Sequence record: NC_023610.1 | Direction: 5' to 3' (one strand) | Length of the DNA stretch: 64,000 bases | Part shown: positions 10,447 to 19,270 of the stretch, in pieces | How the letters are laid out: each line of letters begins with the position of its first letter | Position numbering within the stretch: position 1 is the stretch's first letter | The notes under the pieces: model-generated | Seen by the model: only the letters and a program-made list of their open reading frames with translations | Told to the model about the DNA's origin: nothing | Database searches by the model: none | Position numbers and translations under genes: made by a program

Positions 10447-11700
10447 ATGCTACGTGTGATTTCCGCCCAAGTTATAGCCGCCGGGACATCTGGCGGGTGG
10501 CAAACCGCCAACTTGGCGGACGTGCCGATGTTTCAATCGTTTAAGCGCTACTCGGCCGCTATCGTACGGGTGTACGACACCGTAGCCGATACCAACGGCT
10601 ACCTCGACCTTTATTCTCTCCCGGTGGTGACCCGCAGTTCAGCCATGACCCTGAAGGCCTACCTGGAGATTGCGGTAGGGTTAATCGTCTTAACCGACAG
10701 TCCCGTTACCCGCTCAACGACTCCCCGTGTGGCGTCCTATTACGCCGGGGCATACGGCTACGCACTGAAAGGGTTCAACAACAACTTCCACCCGGATACC
10801 GAATTGCTTCCGGACCAGAAGATTGACTTGTTGGTCTACCATAATGATATCAGTGATTATCGACGCCTCCAGGCGAATGCGCTCTTTGCAGTCAACGGGT
10901 TGTTCCACAAGTCTGACTACACCGAAGACGGTATCGTGTTGTTTGACGGTGGCCGTACAGTCACCAAAGGGAACGACAACCGAGTAACGGTACTGGACTT
11001 CTCGTCATTGGGTGGGGTAACGCTGCTACCGATTACCAACGAGATGATTCGTTCCACCAAGGACACCATCGGTCTTGAAGACAGCCTGTACATTGACCTC
11101 CCGGAAACGCTGGAAGGGAAAACCCTGTTCGTGGTTATCGGCGGGATGCTGTATCCCCTGAACTCATCATTCGACATGGTGAGCTCCACTCGGGTCCGGT
11201 TGACTCTGAAACACTACGACCTGGTTGAGTGGTTCATCGACAACTATACCCTGATGGATTTATCGGCACTGCCAATGACCATGGACGTTAATGACCCGGC
11301 CAAGTTCGTGGAAGGGGAGTTCCACACCGATGCGTTTGTGCGTGCTGTACTGACCATGAGCCAAACGTTCTTTGTGGTTATCCCGACGACGGGTATCACC
11401 GTGGAGAAGGTTCGCCTTGGTGAGACTGACCAACCGGGTTTATACCGTGCACCTAACGACGCTGACCCCGACGTCCCGGTGATGATTGGCAACGGGTATG
11501 TGGTGGCGTACAACGTCAGTTACCAATGGGGGTTCAATGCCCTGGCGGTACCGAACAACCAGATGTTCAACCGCATCTGGAAAACAACAACCAAGGAAGA
11601 CAACCTCGGTACGAACTACCAACTGTTGCGTGACCAGAACGAGACTAACCGTCCGCTCAAACGTCCCGCAGCGCATTTGCTCTACATCAGCAAACCGTAA
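10447..11700 (+). CDS. conserved virion structural protein
   Basis: 417 aa, SD AGGAG; NALFAVNGLFH motif typical of jumbo-phage baseplate-region proteins (recall-based). Confidence 0.6.
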   Translation: MLRVISAQVIAAGTSGGWQTANLADVPMFQSFKRYSAAIVRVYDTVADTNGYLDLYSLPVVTRSSAMTLKAYLEIAVGLIVLTDSPVTRSTTPRVASYYAGAYGYALKGFNNNFHPDTELLPDQKIDLLVYHNDISDYRRLQANALFAVNGLFHKSDYTEDGIVLFDGGRTVTKGNDNRVTVLDFSSLGGVTLLPITNEMIRSTKDTIGLEDSLYIDLPETLEGKTLFVVIGGMLYPLNSSFDMVSSTRVRLTLKHYDLVEWFIDNYTLMDLSALPMTMDVNDPAKFVEGEFHTDAFVRAVLTMSQTFFVVIPTTGITVEKVRLGETDQPGLYRAPNDADPDVPVMIGNGYVVAYNVSYQWGFNALAVPNNQMFNRIWKTTTKEDNLGTNYQLLRDQNETNRPLKRPAAHLLYISKP

Positions 11701-11709
11701 GGTGTAACC

Positions 11710-12294
11710 ATGTTCGAAAAACTGGAAGCGGCTGTCGGCAGTAAAGTGTTGTACGGGGTCATCTGGATTGCGACCCTGACCTTCACGTACTGGTTCGGCG
11801 GACACATTGAAAAAGAGAAGACCACGGCGGTCGACTCGGCGGTCTCGAGTGTCTCCACGCAATTGGGGACTATCCTGACCAATCAAATTAACACGCAGGT
11901 CGGTGGGATAAACGCCAGACTGCTTGGAGATACCAATGCGATTAACCTCATTCTTCAAGGTGGCTTCAAAAACAATGACGATGCTGATGCTCGTCTGCAT
12001 AACCTCACTAATGCTGGGGTGTACGTCAAAGCCAGTCCTGGTACCCCAGGCGAAACCAAAGCCGCTGGTACTGCCGCCGCTGGACCCGGCAATAATGCAA
12101 CCTATCGAGCCCAACTTTCAGACCAGGCTCGAGACTTTTTTGCAGGCGAAGCTAAACGCGCCAACCAATGTGCCGTTCAACTCAAAGGCGCTCAAGATAC
12201 CCTCTTGAGTTGGCAGCGCGCTGTTGATGAGTACAACCGAACTGTTGCTGACCCCAATGGTTACGACCGCGTTCAACTACCCGATAAAAAATAA
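11710..12294 (+). CDS. rz: i-spanin (Rz-like)
   Basis: 194 aa; single N-terminal TM (VLYGVIWIATLTFTYWFGG), periplasmic helical region, C-terminal Cys; contains a nested lipoprotein ORF. Confidence 0.8.
   Translation: MFEKLEAAVGSKVLYGVIWIATLTFTYWFGGHIEKEKTTAVDSAVSSVSTQLGTILTNQINTQVGGINARLLGDTNAINLILQGGFKNNDDADARLHNLTNAGVYVKASPGTPGETKAAGTAAAGPGNNATYRAQLSDQARDFFAGEAKRANQCAVQLKGAQDTLLSWQRAVDEYNRTVADPNGYDRVQLPDKK
11975..12208 (+). CDS. rz1: o-spanin (Rz1-like lipoprotein) fully embedded in the +1 frame
   Basis: MTMLMLVCITSLMLG-C lipobox, Pro-rich mature part (PQAKPKPLVLPPLDP), SD-like AAGGTGG upstream, 77 aa. Confidence 0.8.
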   Translation: MTMLMLVCITSLMLGCTSKPVLVPQAKPKPLVLPPLDPAIMQPIEPNFQTRLETFLQAKLNAPTNVPFNSKALKIPS

Positions 12295-12305
12295 AAAAAG
12301 AACCT

Positions 12306-12342
12306 CCTGAGGACCCGAAGGTCCTCAGGGGTTTTATGCTGC
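12306..12342. terminator. bidirectional terminator followed by TTTATGCTGC
   Basis: cctgaggacc-cgaa-ggtcctcagg; UUCG loop and U-tract on the minus strand. Confidence 0.85.
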
Positions 12343-13041
12343 GATGGGAAAGGAAGGTGTGAAGTTGGCGCTATACCTTGCTTTGCGATAGCAGGCAAAT
12401 TCCGGGATATAAAGGTTGGAAGCAGTACCATCGCCAATCTGAAAGATGGTTGACGCCGCAATGTTGGTCAACGAGTCCCGTTCAGTCAGACTGTAATCGC
12501 TCCCCGTGAATACTGCTAACCCTTGCTTCACCCCATTCAGGTAGACGGAGATTTTCCCGTTACGTCGCTGCATGACGAAATGTATCCAGCGATTAGTTCC
12601 GGTTGCTCGCGTTGTACTGGTTGAGTAGTTCGAGTTACCTATATCAGGTTGGGTTGAAACCTGTAACCGGTTACCGTACCCGTTATCCCCAAAGCGCATG
12701 ATTAACCCGCCCCAACTGGATGTATTCGGGCGTTGGTACATCAAAGTCGTATAACCATTACTGGTCTGGGTACAATAGAAAGGAAATTCAATCGTGAAAT
12801 CCCCGGTCCCTACATCCATTGACGTCAATGGGATGATGGGGAACTGTTTGGTTCCCGTGAACAGTGCCTTGCTGTACCCCGAAAGGGCTACCGGTGGTGT
12901 GACCACATCACTAGCAACCAGGTTAGTGAGACTGATAACCTGTTTCCCGGTCGATAGTCCTTTCTCGAAATTATAACCGATATAGGGCTGCTCGCCCGGA
13001 ACAAATCCGTTCTTCTTACCGAGGAGTATGGCTTCTAACAT
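12334..13041 (-). CDS. LamG/concanavalin-A-like domain protein (putative adhesin)
   Basis: GTGDFTIEF...WIHFVMQRRNGKISVYLNGVK...ARYSANFTP LamG-like pattern; N-terminus MLEAILLGKK. Confidence 0.7.
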   Translation of the reverse strand: MLEAILLGKKNGFVPGEQPYIGYNFEKGLSTGKQVISLTNLVASDVVTPPVALSGYSKALFTGTKQFPIIPLTSMDVGTGDFTIEFPFYCTQTSNGYTTLMYQRPNTSSWGGLIMRFGDNGYGNRLQVSTQPDIGNSNYSTSTTRATGTNRWIHFVMQRRNGKISVYLNGVKQGLAVFTGSDYSLTERDSLTNIAASTIFQIGDGTASNLYIPEFACYRKARYSANFTPSFPIAA

Positions 13042-13051
13042 GGTCTACCCC

Positions 13052-13801
13052 TTAAGGAATGATTTCCAAAACAGGACGCCAACCTAAATAGGCCTGAACG
13101 TCAGTGATAACAGGTGCACCCACTGTCCAGATGCTACTCCAGACGGTTGCAGCACGGGCTAGGCTGTCGTTGGCATTGACCTGCTCACGACACAACTGTA
13201 ATCCGCCGGGTGTAGTGGTACCACCAATCAACATCAGGTCATTGACCGGGTCGTACGTTTCCCACTTCGGACCTTCCTGCGCAGAAACAGTAGTGGAGAC
13301 AATATTGGGAATCAACCGCATCCAATCCGACCCCAACATCTCCGTTCGGTTAGTGTAGTTCCCGTTATAAGGGAGTTTACCCAGACCGGGTTGCAGGACG
13401 TTCCACAACATGACCTTGTACGTAACCCCGTTCAATACGATGGTCCGTAACTGGTTACGCGGCGTTCCGTTGTTGAACAGCCCGTTGTCGTTTGACCCCC
13501 AGACTAAACCCGAAGAGTAAAGCGCACTCCACCCGTAAGCAGAGGTGATGGGTTTCTTCGGTGTATAGAGGAGGCGACCGTCAATCCCGAATTTCAACCA
13601 CGGGATGGTTGTGTTGATAGCCGACCCCACATTGCCCCCGAGTGCTCGCAATGCGGCTACTGAGGGCATAGCGCTGTTCGCCACCTCTCCGTAGAACTCC
13701 GTAAAACGCGCACTGTTGTTGGGGTCGACGTATCGCCCAATGGGCGTGGTCGCTCCGGGGTATCTACCGCTTTTCTTCCCAGCTAACAAAAGTTCTTGCA
13801 T
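13052..13801 (-). CDS. virion protein of the phiKZ gp131-like GWRPVLE family
   Basis: Likely start MQELLLAGKK (SD GAGG); FYGEV, WLKF.IDG, YKV.L and terminal GWRPVLEI motifs. Confidence 0.7.
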   Translation of the reverse strand: MQELLLAGKKSGRYPGATTPIGRYVDPNNSARFTEFYGEVANSAMPSVAALRALGGNVGSAINTTIPWLKFGIDGRLLYTPKKPITSAYGWSALYSSGLVWGSNDNGLFNNGTPRNQLRTIVLNGVTYKVMLWNVLQPGLGKLPYNGNYTNRTEMLGSDWMRLIPNIVSTTVSAQEGPKWETYDPVNDLMLIGGTTTPGGLQLCREQVNANDSLARAATVWSSIWTVGAPVITDVQAYLGWRPVLEIIP

Positions 13802-13814
13802 GGTTTCATCCTCG

Positions 13815-14585
13815 TTACGCGCTGGGGTAAAGGGTTGCCGTGTCCGCAGTGAACCCGGTGGTCGGGAACAGTGCCCCGGCACGCAGTCGGTAACGTTCTA
13901 CCATCCCCCTGACATCGGGACTGTTAGCCACAGACTGCGACATGATACCGACCTGTTGGTTACCCGTTGGAGTCAGAATCGTGTACGTCAACGTGTCAAT
14001 CAACACCCCGTTACAGAAGAAGTAAACCTTGCCGCCAGAGTACATGACTGCAATGTGTTTCCAGTCGGTGCCGTAGAATGCATCGTTCTGTTTCGTTCCG
14101 TTGATTCTGGGCGCAGCCTGATTGTTCCAAATCCCAACCAAGCGGGCGGTGTTGGCGTACCCCAAGGTACACTGCAACCGGTTGGTCCAGTAGCCGTTTA
14201 CCGTGAGGTCGGGATAAACAATCAGGGGGATTAACGGTTGGTGTTTGTTAACCGGGGAAAGGACGTCCAAGTCCCGTTTCCAATAATCCACTGTCCAGGC
14301 ACTGGTCACAAATCCTGGTGCAATAGTCCCGGGTGGAGTGGCGACAGAACCATGTCCCATTTCCACACCCTTTCCGTATTGAAAACTTTCGGCACCCAAT
14401 GAAGGTAATAGTGGGGGCACTGCTGCACCGGCGGTTGGGATAACACTGGTGACCTTCAAAGTTTTTCCGGTGTAATCGACAAAACCAGTGTCCCTGAAGA
14501 TACTCGAGTCCCACGCCAACATCTCAGTGCCCAATGCCCACGCTGCGGACGGTTTCCTTCTTCCCATCAAGAGCGCTTCAATCAT
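13815..14585 (-). CDS. LamG-like domain protein (putative adhesin)
   Basis: WTVDYW...WKHIAVMYSGGKVYFFCNGV pattern; N-terminus MIEALLMGRRK. Confidence 0.65.
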   Translation of the reverse strand: MIEALLMGRRKPSAAWALGTEMLAWDSSIFRDTGFVDYTGKTLKVTSVIPTAGAAVPPLLPSLGAESFQYGKGVEMGHGSVATPPGTIAPGFVTSAWTVDYWKRDLDVLSPVNKHQPLIPLIVYPDLTVNGYWTNRLQCTLGYANTARLVGIWNNQAAPRINGTKQNDAFYGTDWKHIAVMYSGGKVYFFCNGVLIDTLTYTILTPTGNQQVGIMSQSVANSPDVRGMVERYRLRAGALFPTTGFTADTATLYPSA

Positions 14586-14594
14586 ACCTCCCCC

Positions 14595-15374
14595 TTATAC
14601 GTCGTCTGCATTTTCAGGGAATGCGCGCGTGTCACCCCACATGATTCTTACGCCACCCACACCTGCCCCGGCATACGCACGGGCGTTGTCACTCGAACGA
14701 CGAGCCACTCCTGCGGATACACCACACCGAGTACCTTTGACCAATGTCCCATACAGCTGTGAGCCTATCCCGTTGTTCCCGCCACTGATGTTCACGCCGT
14801 TGACGGTGTTACTGGTCATGGTACCAGCCTTACCCGCGGTCGTGTCGGTCGGAGTTGCCCCTGCTGTAGTACCACCGCCGTCTCCGTAGTACCCGCCCGT
14901 ACCGGACCCCGGCGCACCTTGGGTACTACTGGTTGCAATCCTTACACCACCATCCCCGCCACCGGCTCCCAGAGAGTTGGCCACCATTGCATCTTTGGTT
15001 GCCCGCCCGCCAGACGCTTTCAAAAGCACGGTGGAACCGCGGAGGATACTGGTGTCCTTACCGTCTACCCAACCAATCCCACCGGTTGTATACCCAAGGT
15101 TACTGGTTCCCGCCCCGACAATGATGGTCAGTGTTTCACCGGGGGTAACTGAAATCGCATTGTTGTAACGCAGGGAGCCACCGACCCCACCAACGGTCGT
15201 GGTCACGCCGTCAAAGGTTCCGTACGCTCCATGCGCCCCTGCACCAATAGCCACTGCGCTGATACTCTTTACGCCGTCGGGTACAACCCAGTTAAAGGTT
15301 CCGGCGGCAACCCACATCGCCTGGCTAGGAAGAACCTCGACTTTCTTCTTCCCACCCATCACCATTTCTAACAT
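14595..15374 (-). CDS. glycine-rich virion/fibre-type protein
   Basis: Likely start MLEMVMGGKKK; GTFNWVVPDGVKSISAVAIGAG and G-rich repeats ending GGVRIMWG. Confidence 0.7.
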   Translation of the reverse strand: MLEMVMGGKKKVEVLPSQAMWVAAGTFNWVVPDGVKSISAVAIGAGAHGAYGTFDGVTTTVGGVGGSLRYNNAISVTPGETLTIIVGAGTSNLGYTTGGIGWVDGKDTSILRGSTVLLKASGGRATKDAMVANSLGAGGGDGGVRIATSSTQGAPGSGTGGYYGDGGGTTAGATPTDTTAGKAGTMTSNTVNGVNISGGNNGIGSQLYGTLVKGTRCGVSAGVARRSSDNARAYAGAGVGGVRIMWGDTRAFPENADDV

Positions 15375-15386
15375 ACGCGCCTCGAA

Positions 15387-15429
15387 GCATAAAAGAATGA
15401 CAGCGCTACCCGAAGGTAACGCCGCCATT
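15387..15429 (-). terminator. strand-specific hairpin followed by TTTTATGC
   Basis: Minus RNA aauggcggcguuacc-UUCG-gguagcgcugucauu is a 15-bp stem only if three G-U pairs are allowed. Confidence 0.8.
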
Positions 15430-15436
15430 GTTAGCG

Positions 15437-16006
15437 TTAGACTTTTCGTCGCGTGGCCAGGAAGTCAAAGAAGGCCCCAACAAATCCACCACCTGCCTGG
15501 CTGTCACCTAACACCACCGACATCAGGTCACGGCGCTCTTTGTTGATTAAGCCCATGAACAACCAACCAATCCCCATCACAGGGCCAACCACCACCAGAA
15601 CCAGGAACCAGTCCGGGAACTCTTTGCGGTCGATGGACACCCAACAGATAGTGGCCGCGAACATCAGCGCCATGAGGGCGAGAACCACACACATGGTCAC
15701 ACCAATCACGGCCCGGACTTTCGCTTCCCGTTGGTATTCAGGGGACACGGTTAACGGCGGCACCGCGTTGGGTGTTTTCTCCACCGTTTTATCATCTACG
15801 TCCAGACTCATGAATTCCTCCTGGTGCTCTGGGGTCAAAAGAGCGACAGAATCAATCACGTGTTGCAACATTAAGCAGTCGCTACACGCGACGGCAAGCT
15901 CTTCGTATCCCTGGAGGGTTTCTACTAAGCTCTTGCCGTTACTGAGCTGAATCCCCGAGACGCCCAGCGTCGTCGGTTTCACTTGTAACAGCTCGCTTAC
16001 TTTCAT
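15437..16006 (-). CDS. two-TM membrane protein (holin candidate)
   Basis: 189 aa; soluble N-terminus, two hydrophobic helices, basic C-terminus (TRRKV). Confidence 0.55.
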   Translation of the reverse strand: MKVSELLQVKPTTLGVSGIQLSNGKSLVETLQGYEELAVACSDCLMLQHVIDSVALLTPEHQEEFMSLDVDDKTVEKTPNAVPPLTVSPEYQREAKVRAVIGVTMCVVLALMALMFAATICWVSIDRKEFPDWFLVLVVVGPVMGIGWLFMGLINKERRDLMSVVLGDSQAGGGFVGAFFDFLATRRKV

Positions 16007-16688
16007 TTTCGTTCAGCCTCGCTTGCACCTTGCTAATCGCTTCCATTGCTTTAGCAAAGACTGTGCTCATCGGTTGACGTGCATCCAATGTCACAGCATT
16101 AGGAGCGTTAGCAGCAAGATTTTGGTAGACTAAGCGAGCGGATTCGTAGCGGGTATCGAGCTTGGCTTCGATGTCACACGGTTCATCCCGTCGCGGTACG
16201 CCGGGGAACAATTCTTCCCAGTGTGCATCTTCCTGCGCTTTACGCCGAGCCAGGGACGTTTTGTGGTCCAGGTCCAGATAAATAATCAGGTCCGGCTCCA
16301 GGTCATTCCCTAACAGCACGTGGAGCTGTTGTGCGAGCTCGTACGTCTCTGGGTCTGTGTAGGCCAAGGTTGACCAGAAGAAACGGTCACAGAGCACTAC
16401 AGAGCCTTTGGCGAGGTGTGGGCGAATAACGTGCTCCAGGTGTTGACTGCGACTGGCGTTCAGGAGACAGAGGCGAGTCTGTTCCGTCATCGGTTCATTG
16501 TACTTAGACTGCCCGTACTTGACCAGGTCACGGAACTGTTCCGCTAACGGCGTACCGCCGGGCTCACGAGCCAGAATGACATCGTAGCCCTGGTCTTGTA
16601 AAGCAACACTAATCAGATTGCGCAACGTTGTTTTTCCTGCACCATCAAGACCTTCAATGTCCAGGAAGAAAGGAATCAATTTATCCAC
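15939..16688 (-). CDS. tmk: thymidylate kinase
   Basis: IEGLDGAGKTT P-loop, REPGGT, DRF and PDLIIYLD motifs. Confidence 0.95.
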   Translation of the reverse strand: MDKLIPFFLDIEGLDGAGKTTLRNLISVALQDQGYDVILAREPGGTPLAEQFRDLVKYGQSKYNEPMTEQTRLCLLNASRSQHLEHVIRPHLAKGSVVLCDRFFWSTLAYTDPETYELAQQLHVLLGNDLEPDLIIYLDLDHKTSLARRKAQEDAHWEELFPGVPRRDEPCDIEAKLDTRYESARLVYQNLAANAPNAVTLDARQPMSTVFAKAMEAISKVQARLNENESKRAVTSETDDAGRLGDSAQ

Positions 16689-16691
16689 GGG

Positions 16692-17252
16692 TTACTCCGG
16701 TTGGTTTTCTTCTATCCAGCGCTTGAGTCCCCACCACCCGATGGCAACGGAGTCAACGCTGTGTTCGTCTAACAAGTCCACTTCTACCTCAAAGGCGAAG
16801 TCCTTGTTCTTCAAGAGGGCATCCCGTACCGCATCTTTACCGCCGCCGCGTCCCGGTGCACCGACAGCAATCTTCGCCGTCGGCGGGTCCACTAACCACA
16901 AACGGGTCTCTTCATTCCAGGCGTACACGGCGTTCTGAATACAGACCACCCCTTCGACCAGTGAACGAAACGCCGCAGGGAAGCGCCCCAGGTACGCATC
17001 TTCACAACAGACGATGTGGGGATTCAGTTCGGTCAATTGGCGCGTGATGAACTCACCGCACAACCGCAACCTTTTCCCACGCACGCCAAAGATATCAAAC
17101 CGGGGATTCGACTTCATCACCGATTCCGCATGGAAGGTACGGGCAAACTTTAACCGGGGGTCGTTGGTTTCGATGTTGTGCTCAAAGTACGAGAACCCCA
17201 GTGACTGGCTACCGGGGTCAATCCCGACAACACGTAAAATATTCCCGTCCAC
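16692..17252 (-). CDS. ruvC: RuvC-like Holliday junction resolvase
   Basis: GTG start after AGGAGG; VGIDPG, CCED, K..V.G.G.GGK and DEHSVDSVAIG catalytic motifs. Confidence 0.9.
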   Translation of the reverse strand: MDGNILRVVGIDPGSQSLGFSYFEHNIETNDPRLKFARTFHAESVMKSNPRFDIFGVRGKRLRLCGEFITRQLTELNPHIVCCEDAYLGRFPAAFRSLVEGVVCIQNAVYAWNEETRLWLVDPPTAKIAVGAPGRGGGKDAVRDALLKNKDFAFEVEVDLLDEHSVDSVAIGWWGLKRWIEENQPE

Positions 17253-17279
17253 GGGCAACCTCCTGAACAAAAAATAAAA

Positions 17280-17305
17280 GCGGGGGACTGTCCCCCCGTC
17301 TTTTT
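17280..17305. terminator. hairpin terminator
   Basis: cggggga-ctg-tccccccg (one extra C) flanked by A- and T-tracts. Confidence 0.65.
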
Positions 17306-17654
17306 AGTAGAACGGTTTACATACCGCAATGAAAAGGATGTCTTTTACCTTTTCGGTTTCAGGCAGCTGGTCGTACGGCACGAGGTTAGGGTGTTTCTTC
17401 CCTTCTCTGTCGTAGTCACCGTGCTCCCACCCTTGTTCCATCATCCAGGTCGACCACTGTTTGTGGGCATCCGCTGGACTGGAGAGTTTGGAATCAATGG
17501 CGTTGGCTACCGCGTGGATGTAATGCTCTTTATCGTCCTGTGACAGGGTGTTCCATTCCGGGCGGGTTTCGTTACCGACTTCTTTGGTCCAGACGTTGTT
17601 CACGGCATGGGCCTGCTCAGCAATTTTTGCCAAGATTTGAATTGGTGGCTTCAT
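17304..17654 (-). CDS. RyR-domain protein
   Basis: H..W...MMEQGWEHG...KKHPNLVPYDQLPETEKVKD is the RyR repeat signature. Confidence 0.8.
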   Translation of the reverse strand: MKPPIQILAKIAEQAHAVNNVWTKEVGNETRPEWNTLSQDDKEHYIHAVANAIDSKLSSPADAHKQWSTWMMEQGWEHGDYDREGKKHPNLVPYDQLPETEKVKDILFIAVCKPFY

Positions 17655-18253
17655 TCGGGTTGCTCATCGTCTGGGAGGCTGGGGTAACGGTAGCCAGCGA
17701 GCGTAGGGTAGATAATCGCTTCACTGAGGTCGTTGTTCGGCGGCGTAAAGCCATCGAGGTCGGTGGTCTTAATCGCTGTGTTCAGGTGCGGAACGCCGTC
17801 CCAGAGACCGATGTCAAGAATCCCGTGCCAACCGAGCGAGTCATCGGCGAATATCGCCGTGAGGTTCCCTCTTCCATCAATAAGATGGACGGTTTGCGTA
17901 AAAAGCGAGGAGTCTTCAAAGTCGGTAGCCAGGTACTGCGGTAACCCGTATTGGATACAGAAACGCTTGAGGACGGCCGCAACCGTTTCCCCTTCACGAA
18001 CCTGCACCATGGGAGTAATCCCTTTGAACAAAAGCGAGAATTCCACCCGGTGGTATTCGAAATCGCGGTAGCTGAAGAACCGGTTGGTCAAGTCACGGAC
18101 CCAGATGGTGTTGTTGTCCGTCTGGGAATCGTAAGACTTGTACTCGATAGACAACTCAGAGGGAGCCCAGTTAGGTCCCTCAGGATTTGCCGCCTTAATC
18201 AACCGGACCAGCTCGTCACGAATAACCCCCGTTTGCGTCAGGTTATCCATCAC
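17651..18253 (-). CDS. virion structural protein, paralog of 19271..20119
   Basis: Shared core with 19271..20119; two C-terminal L..AI....L.G[FY]..P motifs. Confidence 0.65.
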   Translation of the reverse strand: MMDNLTQTGVIRDELVRLIKAANPEGPNWAPSELSIEYKSYDSQTDNNTIWVRDLTNRFFSYRDFEYHRVEFSLLFKGITPMVQVREGETVAAVLKRFCIQYGLPQYLATDFEDSSLFTQTVHLIDGRGNLTAIFADDSLGWHGILDIGLWDGVPHLNTAIKTTDLDGFTPPNNDLSEAIIYPTLAGYRYPSLPDDEQPE

Positions 18254-18262
18254 GCCCCCTTA

Positions 18263-19192
18263 TTAGCTGACGGTGATGTTAGAGAGCAGGGAAGAACGTG
18301 CCATCGCTAACAGGTCGTTGTTGGCTCCAGCAGACAGCGCAGAACCCGTCAACATCGGTTCGGTCGCACCGACTTCCATGTTGATGTTGAAGCCTTCGTT
18401 GTCGATGGACAGCTGTTTGTAGGTGGTCACGTGCGTAATCACCTGGCAACCGATGACTTCTTTAAAGTTGATGGCAGCACCACCGGCCCCAACGCTTTGG
18501 ATGTTACGGTCAACACCGGAGCAGAACGCCAGCTCAGAGATGATAGCGCGCTTCTCATTGTTCCACAGCACCGCCGCCACGTTGAACAGTTCGTTCACGT
18601 CGAACAGGTCGAAGGCGATGGTCACTGGCATGGTAGTGGACAGGAAGTCGTTAGCCGTCGTCGTGGCTTCATCCGGTAACACCACCGGGCGCACCGGGTT
18701 CAGGTTCGCATTACTGAACACGTACTCTTCGGTGTTGCTCACGCCGTTGACTACCGTGGTGTGCATGACTTTGGCGGATGTACCGGAAAGGTCAATACGC
18801 TTCAGGTAATACGCAAAGTAGTTCTTGCCGTTGTGCTGCTCGCTGCGGCGCAGGCCGTAGTTCAGACGCAGGTCAGCCGACAGGTCGTTGGCTTCTTCGC
18901 GCAGCACAAACGGGATATGATTCCAGCACGCACAATCTTCGGGCGCATGTTTGTACAGGTCGATGATGGTATCGGTCCCGTCGACAATGCTCGAGGTGTG
19001 ACCTTTGTTACCAATCGCGTAGTAACCAAAACGAGGATTTTCACCCTGGCCCAGAATCGCGTTCTGCTGAATCTGGAGCAATTCGTTGAGGGTCGTACCG
19101 GCCAACAGGGGTTGTTGTTTCCCAGCCAGCAAGTTATCTTGCAGCAAGCTGCCAATCGCCGTCCGGGTTACCGGACTAATCTTAACGGCCAT
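18263..19192 (-). CDS. conserved baseplate/virion protein
   Basis: Likely start MAVKISP; YYAIGNKGH, HIPFVLR and YFAYYLKRI motifs recalled from phiKZ-like virion proteins. Confidence 0.65.
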   Translation of the reverse strand: MAVKISPVTRTAIGSLLQDNLLAGKQQPLLAGTTLNELLQIQQNAILGQGENPRFGYYAIGNKGHTSSIVDGTDTIIDLYKHAPEDCACWNHIPFVLREEANDLSADLRLNYGLRRSEQHNGKNYFAYYLKRIDLSGTSAKVMHTTVVNGVSNTEEYVFSNANLNPVRPVVLPDEATTTANDFLSTTMPVTIAFDLFDVNELFNVAAVLWNNEKRAIISELAFCSGVDRNIQSVGAGGAAINFKEVIGCQVITHVTTYKQLSIDNEGFNINMEVGATEPMLTGSALSAGANNDLLAMARSSLLSNITVS

Positions 19193-19270
19193 CAGAGTAT
19201 TCTCCGGGTTGCTTATTAAAGGGTAGACACATAAGAAACCGGTGGGATGCTCTCCCACCGGCTCTTAGGG

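Noticed and set aside
13802-13882. Longer ORF-track N-termini (also for 14595, 18263, 20137, 31731, 36444, 42189, 49064)
   Set aside because: They overlap upstream genes or terminators; internal ATGs (SD-backed in most cases) give better starts.
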